64,000 nucleotides of DNA. Origin: Fibrobacteria bacterium (GTDB lineage: Bacteria; Fibrobacterota; Fibrobacteria; UBA11236). The notes beneath the pieces are model-generated. The model did no database searches. It was not told where the DNA came from and saw only the letters and a list, made by a program, of their open reading frames with translations. Each line of letters begins with the position of its first letter. Positions within the stretch are counted from its first letter, which is position 1. The stretch lies in NCBI GenBank assembly GCA_043732185.1, contig JAYTHY010000006.1, positions 46,338-110,337 of the forward strand. The letters are read 5' to 3'. The position numbers and the translations under genes were made by a program. Below, in pieces: positions 39,213-47,756 of the stretch.

Positions 39213-40727
39213 ATGCTCAGTCAGCTTTCCGATGCCCCGGACACACGCTATGATATCGTTAAGATTCTTGGTCAAGGCGCCTCTGCCACCGTTTATCTCG
39301 CCCGACATTTGGCGCTAGGGGAATTACGGGTACTCAAAATTCTGCACAATGACATGATGATGGATGCCAAGCGGCGCGCCAAATTCATGCTGGAAGCCCA
39401 GGTTTCCGCTCATCTTAAACATCCAGCCATCGTCCAGGTTTTTGATGTGACCCAATCCACTTCCAAGTTACAGATTGAAATGGAATACATCGAGGGCATG
39501 AGCCTGCGACAAACCCTGGAAAAGCAACAGTCGATTCCCCTATCGGTTTCCTTAGCCATTATCTACGGCATACTTGAAGGCCTTGAACATGCCCATCGCG
39601 CTCGGCTTACTTTTGGAAATACGGAATTCGATGGTGTCATCCATCGGGATTTGAAACCGGAAAACATTATGATCCGGAAAAATGGGCAACCGGTGATCTG
39701 TGATTTTGGCGTTGCCAAAGTGGGCGCAGATTTGATGACGATGACTCAGCACATCAGCGGCAGCGTTGCATATATGGCACCCGAGCGCCTGCGCGGAGAA
39801 CCAAGCACACGTTCAATCGATGTCTTTGCCCTAGGCGTGATGTTTTTTGAATTGCACAAAGGATTCCGACCCTTTAAAGGCAATAACAAAACCCAAGCGC
39901 TGGAAAACATTTTAAAGTGGAATATTGTGGACTTGGAACTGGAGTGGGTCGGCAGCGACGCGGAGCTGCTTACCATCATCCGAAAAGCCATGGCACAAGA
40001 TCCTTCCCAAAGATTTCAGGATGCCTCGCAAATGTTAGCCGCCATCCGCCCTATTTATAAGCTGTACCATGGCGAAGTTCCAGCCGCCACGGTCATTTAT
40101 GATTTTTTTGCAAGAGGACAATTTACCACGGCGGAATTCCGCGCCTTGCTGCATGAAAAGACCACTTGGAAGAGTCGCATCCCATTGTCCATCGGTGCCA
40201 TGGCATTGGCTGCCGTGGCCTATACAGCTTACCTGGCCTGGCCCAAATCATCGGCTTCAATTTCTCAAGGCGAGAAAACGCAGCCCGGGGATAGCGACGC
40301 GGACGAACAAAAAATACGTGAGCTGCCAAAGGATGAACAACAAAGAGCCTATTTCAATTTAGCACAAACACGATTTAATGAAAACCATGATGCCGGCAAA
40401 GCGCTCCTATTGGTGACCAAGGCTCTGGATATCTCCTTCCACCCAACCATCGCTTTACTAAAAGCTGAAGTTTTGCTCGACCAGTCAATGTACAACCTTG
40501 CCGAAGTGGAGCTTGCCCGAATTGAATCCTGGCTTCCTAAAATGACCACTGAGAATCAAGCCCAATACTATTGGCTATTTGCCGATTTGCAAATCCGTAG
40601 AGGCATCGGTGGATCCGATACAATCCTTGAAGCAACCAAAGCCGCATTAATCAAGTACCTGTCCCTAATTCCAAAAAATAATGTGGACGGTCAAAAGAAA
40701 GCCAAGCAACTGCTTCTTAGTCTTTAA
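39213..40727 (+). CDS. Hanks-type Ser/Thr kinase with TM helix and C-terminal TPR-like region
   Basis: GQGASATV, LK, HRDLKPEN, DFG, YMAPE, D..ALG. Confidence 0.93.
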   Translation: MLSQLSDAPDTRYDIVKILGQGASATVYLARHLALGELRVLKILHNDMMMDAKRRAKFMLEAQVSAHLKHPAIVQVFDVTQSTSKLQIEMEYIEGMSLRQTLEKQQSIPLSVSLAIIYGILEGLEHAHRARLTFGNTEFDGVIHRDLKPENIMIRKNGQPVICDFGVAKVGADLMTMTQHISGSVAYMAPERLRGEPSTRSIDVFALGVMFFELHKGFRPFKGNNKTQALENILKWNIVDLELEWVGSDAELLTIIRKAMAQDPSQRFQDASQMLAAIRPIYKLYHGEVPAATVIYDFFARGQFTTAEFRALLHEKTTWKSRIPLSIGAMALAAVAYTAYLAWPKSSASISQGEKTQPGDSDADEQKIRELPKDEQQRAYFNLAQTRFNENHDAGKALLLVTKALDISFHPTIALLKAEVLLDQSMYNLAEVELARIESWLPKMTTENQAQYYWLFADLQIRRGIGGSDTILEATKAALIKYLSLIPKNNVDGQKKAKQLLLSL

Positions 40728-43513
40728 TGAATTATGGAGAACCCTTTATGTTGAACCCGCTGCGGGAATTCATCGCCTTCGATTTGGAAACCACGGGGCT
40801 CGAAAGGGATGCGGATGAAATCATCGAAATCGGTGCCGTGCGCGTGCGCGATGGGCAATTGGAAGAAAGATTTTCTTGTCTCCTAAAAGCCGAAAAGCCT
40901 CTCAACACAATGATCGAAGCACTAACCGGCATCTCTCCAGCCATGCTGGCCGAGTCCGGACAGGATCCACAGCTTTCCATCGAGGCGTTCTTGCGCTTTG
41001 CCGGAGATCTGCCCCTGGTGGCGCACAATTCCGACTTTGACGTTGCGTTCATTGCCAATGCCATTACCAAATTTTCGCTTCCGCCCTTGACCAACCCTGT
41101 TTACGACTCCCTACTACTGGCGCGTATTGCCTGGCCTGGCATGGACAATCACCGCCTGGAAAATCTGGTCGATAAATTGGAAATCCCTGTCCAAAAAGCC
41201 CACCGCGCCTTGCCTGATGCGGAACAAGCAGCCCAGTTGTGGATTATGGGTCAAGTGAAACTTGCAAGTTACTCTTCGCGAACCCTGGCTCGGCTCAGCC
41301 GCGTGCTCGAATCCGGTCCCGCTCAATGGCGCGTACTCTTCACGTCCAGTGTTGAAGCAGGAGAAGACACGGTTGCCCTGCCAGTACTGGCTCCAGCACT
41401 ATCCCAACCAGAAGCAATCAACACCCCCGTCGAAGAATTATTTTCCCCCGGCCAAGCCATTGACGCAGCGTTCAAATCACTGGGTCGAACGTATCAAAGC
41501 AGGCCGCGTCAAATCCGCATGGCTTCCCTGGTAGAACGCAGCTTCAAGGAATCGCGAGTGCTGGCCGTTGAATCTGAACCGGGTACAGGCCGAATGTTGG
41601 CGTGCATAGTAGCCGCCGTACGTCATGGGCTTTCCCGTCGCCGTCCCGTTTACTTTGCTGTTTCCAGTCGTCAGAGAATGGAAAGCATCGTAGCCACCGA
41701 GCTTCCAGTGATGCAGGCATTGTATGGCAAAGAGCTTCGCCTTGCAATGCTCAAGCCGCCCTCCGCGTACTTGAGCCCAAGAAAATTTTCCGCAATCATG
41801 GAGCATCCGGAAACCCGGCTCTTTGCTGAAGAAAAGTTGGCCATCCTTCCACTTATCACTTGGCTGGAAACCACTTTGGATGGTGATATAAACAAAAATA
41901 TGGGCTTCAACCAGGATCGAAACAGGCTGCTTTGGTCAAAGTTGTCGTCGGAATCTTACCTGGGTGAGCCCGATGGACATGCCCATGCCGCCCGGGAAAA
42001 GGCCCTGCGTGCGCACCTTGTCCTTATCGATCAGGCTCTTTTTATGGACGATTTGGCAATGGATTTTTCCATCTTACCGCCTTATGAAGCCATCGTTTTT
42101 GACGAAGCCCATTATCTTCCGGAAATCGGACAAGGTCGATTGGGCCGCGAGGTTGGTTTTTTCCGCCTGAAATACATCATTCAACTGGTGGCTTTTTCAA
42201 AAACAAGTTCCGCCGGTCTCTTAGCGGAAATGGAACGGCAAGCCGCCGAATCGGTAGCTGGACCAGAAACGCTGGATACCCTGGAAAAGCTGGAAAAGCT
42301 GAAAGAAAAAATCTTTGAGCCGGAAAGGCAATTGCAAAAGTTTTTCAATAAATTGGCAAAGCACGCCCAGAAGCGGCGCAAAGATGGTGAGAACCGAATC
42401 CGGTACGCGGATAAGCTTGTTATTGAATTTGGCAGTGGGCCGGAACCGGTCACTGCTTCAGTGGAAGAGTTGGAAGGATTGCTGATTAAGCTGGCCGATG
42501 CCTTTCCGGATCTAGCCGCCGATATCCGTAAGGTATCCGACTTGTTACGTTCCTTTCGCGCTGATTTGGAACACCTCTCCCATCCTCAGGTTATTGCTGC
42601 GGAAACTGAAGAACCCTTTGCAGAGTCAAGCGAGGTATACTGGATAGAGGATTTCCCCAATCCACACCGAGCTCATATCCGCTGCGCACCGATGGATATT
42701 GGTCCTTGGCTGGCAAAAAAGTTTCTTCCCCAAATGGACTCAGTGGTTTTTGCCTCTCCTGCCCTCACCCTCGGCGATCAATTCGGCTTCTTCGCCGAAC
42801 AACTTGGACTCGATTTGCAATCGGACCGTGTCAAAACAGCCTTGGTTAGGAGCAAGGATAAAGAAGATAAGCCTGTACCCGTTTTCATCGCGCGCTTCAG
42901 CCCCGTTCTCAATAATACCGCCTCCGCAGATTCCATGGGCGCACTTATATTGCGTGGATTACTGGAAATCGTTCACCCCGCATTTGTTTTTTTCACCCAT
43001 GTTGGAATGCTTAAACAAATTCGTGGAATATTGCAGGAAGGCTTATCTGCCAAAGGCCGCATGGTTCTGGCGCAACATATCGATGGAAGCCGTGAAAATC
43101 TCCTACATCTTTTCCGTCGCCGAAAAGACACTTGTTTGCTTGGTACCGAGACCTTTATGGCCAATCTCGGGGACGAGGATCAAATTCCCGAAATTATCAT
43201 GGTTACCAAGCTGCCGTTTCCGGTTCCCACGGAACCCATTACAGCTGCCCATCTCGATAAGCTAACAGCATCTAAGGGAAATCCGCTCTACGACTATTTG
43301 CTTCCATGGTCCATTTTGCGTCTTAAACAGGAATTGAACCGACTTCCGCATCGTCCGGGTCGCCCACAAATCATCTGGATCCTGGACCCACGGCCCGTAA
43401 CCGAGAAATACGGTAAGATGTACCTGCGCGGCCTCGGCCGTGATGTGATCGTTTGTGAAACGGAACAGGAATTACTTTCCAGGACTCGGGAAGCATTGGG
43501 GAAATTTGCTTGA
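40727..43513 (+). CDS. DEDDh 3'-5' exonuclease fused to a degenerate DinG-family helicase
   Basis: DLETTG, HNSDFD, HRALPDA; DEAH, KLPFPVP, ILDPR; start may be ATG 40748. Confidence 0.88.
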   Translation: MNYGEPFMLNPLREFIAFDLETTGLERDADEIIEIGAVRVRDGQLEERFSCLLKAEKPLNTMIEALTGISPAMLAESGQDPQLSIEAFLRFAGDLPLVAHNSDFDVAFIANAITKFSLPPLTNPVYDSLLLARIAWPGMDNHRLENLVDKLEIPVQKAHRALPDAEQAAQLWIMGQVKLASYSSRTLARLSRVLESGPAQWRVLFTSSVEAGEDTVALPVLAPALSQPEAINTPVEELFSPGQAIDAAFKSLGRTYQSRPRQIRMASLVERSFKESRVLAVESEPGTGRMLACIVAAVRHGLSRRRPVYFAVSSRQRMESIVATELPVMQALYGKELRLAMLKPPSAYLSPRKFSAIMEHPETRLFAEEKLAILPLITWLETTLDGDINKNMGFNQDRNRLLWSKLSSESYLGEPDGHAHAAREKALRAHLVLIDQALFMDDLAMDFSILPPYEAIVFDEAHYLPEIGQGRLGREVGFFRLKYIIQLVAFSKTSSAGLLAEMERQAAESVAGPETLDTLEKLEKLKEKIFEPERQLQKFFNKLAKHAQKRRKDGENRIRYADKLVIEFGSGPEPVTASVEELEGLLIKLADAFPDLAADIRKVSDLLRSFRADLEHLSHPQVIAAETEEPFAESSEVYWIEDFPNPHRAHIRCAPMDIGPWLAKKFLPQMDSVVFASPALTLGDQFGFFAEQLGLDLQSDRVKTALVRSKDKEDKPVPVFIARFSPVLNNTASADSMGALILRGLLEIVHPAFVFFTHVGMLKQIRGILQEGLSAKGRMVLAQHIDGSRENLLHLFRRRKDTCLLGTETFMANLGDEDQIPEIIMVTKLPFPVPTEPITAAHLDKLTASKGNPLYDYLLPWSILRLKQELNRLPHRPGRPQIIWILDPRPVTEKYGKMYLRGLGRDVIVCETEQELLSRTREALGKFA

Positions 43514-44022
43514 AGACAATTTGGTTTAATACGCCGCTCCAATGCTTTAGCGCCTCGGTCAGTGGCATACTGCTGCTGTGTTTGGCGGGCTGTTATAGCT
43601 TTTCCGGCACGACTCTACCCAGCCACTTGCGTACAGTTCATGTCGTTCCCGTGGTCAACCGAACCTTAGAATCTTCGTTGGCGGATCAAATCACTCAAGG
43701 ATTGGAACAGGGTTTCAGCAGTCGCACCAATTTACGCAAAGTGAATGTCAACGCTGACGCTGAACTCATTTGTACTCTGATGGATTACTCCCATCGGCCG
43801 CAAAGCACCAGCGGAGCGACAGTGACAAGTTACCGAGTGGATCTATTGGTAAGCGTCTTGTTTGTGGACCGTACCAAAGGAGATACCCTTTACCGGGATG
43901 ACCATGTGCCCGGCTATGGACAGTATGCCATTGACAAAGGCGAAACGGAACAAACCGGACAGCGTCAGGCGGTGGAAAGCCTGGTCAAAGTGGTTTTGGA
44001 TCAAACAGTATCGGGGTGGTAA
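43510..44022 (+). CDS. lptE: LptE-like LPS assembly lipoprotein
   Basis: LAGC-YSFSGTTLP...NRT...; ends in W. Confidence 0.75.
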   Translation: MKTIWFNTPLQCFSASVSGILLLCLAGCYSFSGTTLPSHLRTVHVVPVVNRTLESSLADQITQGLEQGFSSRTNLRKVNVNADAELICTLMDYSHRPQSTSGATVTSYRVDLLVSVLFVDRTKGDTLYRDDHVPGYGQYAIDKGETEQTGQRQAVESLVKVVLDQTVSGW

Positions 44023-44867
44023 TGAAATTCGTTAAAATGCAAGGCGCGGGCAATGACTATGTGTATGTAGACCTTTTCAAAGAGAAGGTTGCCGATCCGG
44101 TAAAACTCGCGCAAGCGGTTTCCCATCGGCGCTTTGGGGTAGGGGCAGACGGACTGATTCTCATCAAACCACGTGCGGATGCGGATGCGGAAATGGTGAT
44201 GTACAATGCTGACGGCTCTTTGTCGGAGATGTGCGGCAATGGACTGCGCTGCGTCGCTAAGTACATGCACGACCACCATTCCCGCGGCCAAAACGATTTT
44301 AAACTGATGACAGGTGCGGGTTGGAGACAGGCAAAGGTTGTGCATCGGGACCCCGCAGGCAATGCCGATCAAGTGCGTATCGAAATGGGTGAACCCATTT
44401 TTGCTGGTTTGCAAATACCGACCACCTTTAGTCTTCCCGAAGTGATGGAAAAAAACATCGAAGTGGGTGGTCGAACTTTTACTTTCAGCTCCGTGTCCAT
44501 GGGAAACCCGCATTGCGTGATTTATGTGGATAACGTGGTTGATTTTCCCGTCCATGAAATCGGTCCTCTGATCGAGACCCATTCATTCTTCCCGCGCAAA
44601 GTGAATGTTGAGTTTATTCAAATCATTTCCAAAACCGAGGTTGTGCAGCGCACCTGGGAAAGAGGCTCGGGTGAAACCTGGGCTTGCGGAACCGGCGCGT
44701 CTGCAGTAGCGGCCGTTGGATTCAAACTTGGGAAAACCGGGCCACGCCTGACCATTCACCTCACAGGTGGCGACTTGCTGCTTGAATATACTGGCCAAGG
44801 TCAGGTGCTAATGAGCGGGCCAGCCGTTGAGGTGTTCTCGGGGGAGTGGTCGGAATCTATTGCTTAA
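44022..44867 (+). CDS. dapF: Diaminopimelate epimerase
   Basis: KMQGAGNDY, MCGNG, SMGNPH, ERGSGETWACGTG; TAATG overlap with lptE. Confidence 0.96.
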   Translation: MKFVKMQGAGNDYVYVDLFKEKVADPVKLAQAVSHRRFGVGADGLILIKPRADADAEMVMYNADGSLSEMCGNGLRCVAKYMHDHHSRGQNDFKLMTGAGWRQAKVVHRDPAGNADQVRIEMGEPIFAGLQIPTTFSLPEVMEKNIEVGGRTFTFSSVSMGNPHCVIYVDNVVDFPVHEIGPLIETHSFFPRKVNVEFIQIISKTEVVQRTWERGSGETWACGTGASAVAAVGFKLGKTGPRLTIHLTGGDLLLEYTGQGQVLMSGPAVEVFSGEWSESIA

Positions 44868-45384
44868 CTACAAAACCCTGAATCTTTTTATCGGAAAGCT
44901 CGAGTAACTTGTCTTCCGCATCTTGTTTCGAATCGAAAAAACCCCAGCGTAGTTTGTAATAGGGCGCATCAAAAACCATGTCCACGCTGCCACCCAATTG
45001 TTTTTCGTAAAGGCTTTTTTTAGCCTGAGCAGCGTCAATATCTGACTCGGCGCTAATCTGAATTCGGAATTTGGCTTTTCCAGTAGACGCGACTTCCGGA
45101 TTCTTTGATTCACTGATTCCACCAGAACCATTGGTAGGTGTGGCCTGTGAAGCAGGTTTTACACTGGCCAATACCATTGGCTTGGCGTCCAGCAATTTGT
45201 CCAATTCATCCGGTTCACTAAATTTTTTTTCTCCATTTGAAATTTCGGTAACAGGTGCTCCCGCCACTTTCGGCCTCGTGCCTCCTTCAGATCCCGATCC
45301 CCCCTTGGATTGGGACATCTGGTTTGCACAGCCGCCTAGGAACGCAGACAGCAGCATCACCATGGCTATACTCAATTTTGCCAT
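44857..45384 (-). CDS. SPOR-domain lipoprotein
   Basis: Lipobox LGGC; FRIQI...PYYKLRWGFF...DAE. Confidence 0.8.
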   Translation of the reverse strand: MAKLSIAMVMLLSAFLGGCANQMSQSKGGSGSEGGTRPKVAGAPVTEISNGEKKFSEPDELDKLLDAKPMVLASVKPASQATPTNGSGGISESKNPEVASTGKAKFRIQISAESDIDAAQAKKSLYEKQLGGSVDMVFDAPYYKLRWGFFDSKQDAEDKLLELSDKKIQGFVVKQ

Positions 45385-45610
45385 ATTGCCTTTCTAGAGG
45401 TTGGGAGCGCCTGTTTAGCGCTCATTTGCCCAGGACTAGACTCAAAAGTAACAAACTGGACATGCCGATATTATCGTTTGTCATCAAAAAATTCGAGAAG
45501 CTCAAATATTCCTGTTATTGCCTATAAGCCAGCGACTACTTGCCACCCCGTAGACTATGCAAAGCGTCGGATCCCATTCCGCCACCCGGCAACAAGCATA
45601 GGTAGGATAA

Positions 45611-45976
45611 ATGGAAATCAGCATTACCAAAAGAGGGGACCTTCAAATCATCCACGTTAAAGGGAAAATTCGTTTACAGAGTTGGCGCATTCTGGACAAG
45701 CATTTGGAATCGTTACTCCTCAAAGGTCACCGTTGGGTGGCTCTTGATTTGGGAGAGGTGAGCCTAATCTGCAGCACGGGAATTGGGTCGATTCTGCACA
45801 ACGTCCGGAAGTTCCAGGAACACGAATGCACCTTGATGTTGGTTTCTTCCTCGGATTATGTTCAAGAACTTTTCGCCCTTTTCGGCTGCCATGCCGTTAT
45901 TGATGATGTCTTCTTCTCCAACTGGGGTACACTTGAAAAGCGGATGCAATCGCAAGGATTGGCCGTAATCGAATAA
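45611..45976 (+). CDS. STAS domain anti-sigma-factor antagonist
   Basis: VKGKI...LDLGEVSLICSTGIGSI. Confidence 0.85.
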   Translation: MEISITKRGDLQIIHVKGKIRLQSWRILDKHLESLLLKGHRWVALDLGEVSLICSTGIGSILHNVRKFQEHECTLMLVSSSDYVQELFALFGCHAVIDDVFFSNWGTLEKRMQSQGLAVIE

Positions 45977-46058
45977 TCACGAGCAAGCTTTCGCTCGCTC
46001 CATCCCGATCTTGTTTTCACTATGCTAGATTTTCGCTTCCCTAAATCGGAGCCGTACT

Positions 46059-46502
46059 ATGGATTATGAAACAACATTGAATCAGGCTCTCGATCTTCTG
46101 GCCGATGGCGAGGAGAAAAAAGCTGGCCGCATCCTACAAACCTGTATCGACACCATCAAAAAAAACCTCACTGGCACCGATTCCGATCTCATCCAGTTTT
46201 ATTACTGGGGCCGATGCCTAACCGCCATGGAGGAAGCCGAACAAGCCTTGCTCAAATTTGAAAAGGCGCTGGCTATCAATCCAAACCATGAAGGATCGCT
46301 CTGGGAAACGGCTTCCATTTTAATGCATGACATGGAACGACCCGAAAGCGCAAAGCCCATTCTGGCAGAAAGATTGGTTAAGCTCTTTCCCGAGAATGAA
46401 CTGTATCAAGAATCTTTGCGCGTAGTCGAGTTCAGTTTAAAGCTTCGGAAAAACCCACCACCGATGGAGAGCGAGGATGCGGAGAATTTGGATTCTAATT
46501 AG
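46059..46502 (+). CDS. TPR protein
   Basis: YYWGRCL...ALLKFEKALAINPNH. Confidence 0.8.
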   Translation: MDYETTLNQALDLLADGEEKKAGRILQTCIDTIKKNLTGTDSDLIQFYYWGRCLTAMEEAEQALLKFEKALAINPNHEGSLWETASILMHDMERPESAKPILAERLVKLFPENELYQESLRVVEFSLKLRKNPPPMESEDAENLDSN

Positions 46503-46530
46503 TCCACTTAGTTTCCACTTAGTTTCCACT
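46499..46530. repeat. 11-bp tandem repeat (TTAGTTTCCAC) between convergent genes
   Basis: ttagtccac-ttagtttccac-ttagtttccac. Confidence 0.7.
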
Positions 46531-46559
46531 CAACTTCTACCAGCACGACCGAGGCACAT

Positions 46560-47738
46560 TTACAGGAAGTTCATCAATGTATTCTGCATGGCCTTAGCCC
46601 CCATCTGCAGGGAAGCATCATAAATTGTTTTTTGCATGTTGTAATCGGAAATGGCCTGGGCGAAATCCACGTCTTCAATTCCGGATTGTAATTCCGAGGT
46701 ATAGACAGTGCGTTCATCATTCCGGATCTGCGTTGACTCAAATCGCTGCACGCGTGCACCATTGGCAGCCTGAGCCGAAAGCTGACGTTTGAAAGACAAG
46801 TCCAATTTATCAATGGATGAAAGTATTTTATCCGGTTTGTTATTCAATGTTCCTTCCATCAGATTAATCATGCCCTCCCAGGCATTCGTTTCCAGATTAC
46901 TGCCAAAGGCTTCACTGGCCGTTGTATTTATCCGAGCGGCGACACCTTCCTCAATTTCGCGGTTAGAGACGCCATCCAAATCTTTTTCGTTACGACGCAA
47001 CCAGTTGTAGGACATGTCGATGCCACCGCCCGCTGCAAGGGCCGTAGCGCCTGCAGTTAAATAGGTCACAGTACCTTTTACATAGTCCACGGTAAAGTCT
47101 GTCCCTTCCTTAAGTCCGTTGACCTTAAGAGTACCTGGGATAATCAAATAGGCATTTGCATCGTGAGTGACTGTATCCTTGGAATCATCCACGTTTTTGT
47201 CGATGACCTTAACAGGCACACCGACCGCCGGCATAGTCATGTCACCCGATAAAGCTCCGGGCGCAGTCAAAACGTGGGACGCGCCTCCACGGATTTCATA
47301 GGGCGGCACTTGGGAATTGGTTCCGGAAAAAATATATTCATCCTTGAAGGATGTGTTGGCCAGCGCAACCATCTGATCGAAAATAGCCCGGACCTCATTT
47401 CCGATGAAGAAACGGGTTTCTGAGGTATTGGAATCAGTCGCAGCTTGAATGGCGCGTTCATGCATGTTCTGATACAGGTTGTTGGAAGTAGTAAGAGTTG
47501 AGTCTACCGTTCCCAAATAGGCCTGCCCGTCATTTACATTTCTCTGAAAGCTATTGAACTGATCGATTTCGGAACGCAGTTCCATGCTCTGAGAAGTGCT
47601 TACGGGATTGTCCGAGGATTTATTGAGCTTTTTTCCCGTTGACAGCTGTTGCTGAACGCCCTCAAGTTTGCTGTAATTGGAATAGAGTCGTTCGAGTATG
47701 CGGGTACTGATTTGCGAAAAACTGATTCGGTTAGACAT
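46560..47738 (-). CDS. flgL: Flagellar hook-associated protein 3
   Basis: QLSTGKKLNKSSDNP, YIFSG, IEDVDFA, TLMNFL; adjacent to flgK. Confidence 0.95.
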   Translation of the reverse strand: MSNRISFSQISTRILERLYSNYSKLEGVQQQLSTGKKLNKSSDNPVSTSQSMELRSEIDQFNSFQRNVNDGQAYLGTVDSTLTTSNNLYQNMHERAIQAATDSNTSETRFFIGNEVRAIFDQMVALANTSFKDEYIFSGTNSQVPPYEIRGGASHVLTAPGALSGDMTMPAVGVPVKVIDKNVDDSKDTVTHDANAYLIIPGTLKVNGLKEGTDFTVDYVKGTVTYLTAGATALAAGGGIDMSYNWLRRNEKDLDGVSNREIEEGVAARINTTASEAFGSNLETNAWEGMINLMEGTLNNKPDKILSSIDKLDLSFKRQLSAQAANGARVQRFESTQIRNDERTVYTSELQSGIEDVDFAQAISDYNMQKTIYDASLQMGAKAMQNTLMNFL

Positions 47739-47756
47739 GATTAGCTCCCTGAAGTT

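Noticed and set aside
45553..45605. CTATGC...GCATAG stem in the STAS leader as a possible riboswitch
   Set aside because: No recognisable aptamer consensus; a 6-bp stem is expected by chance
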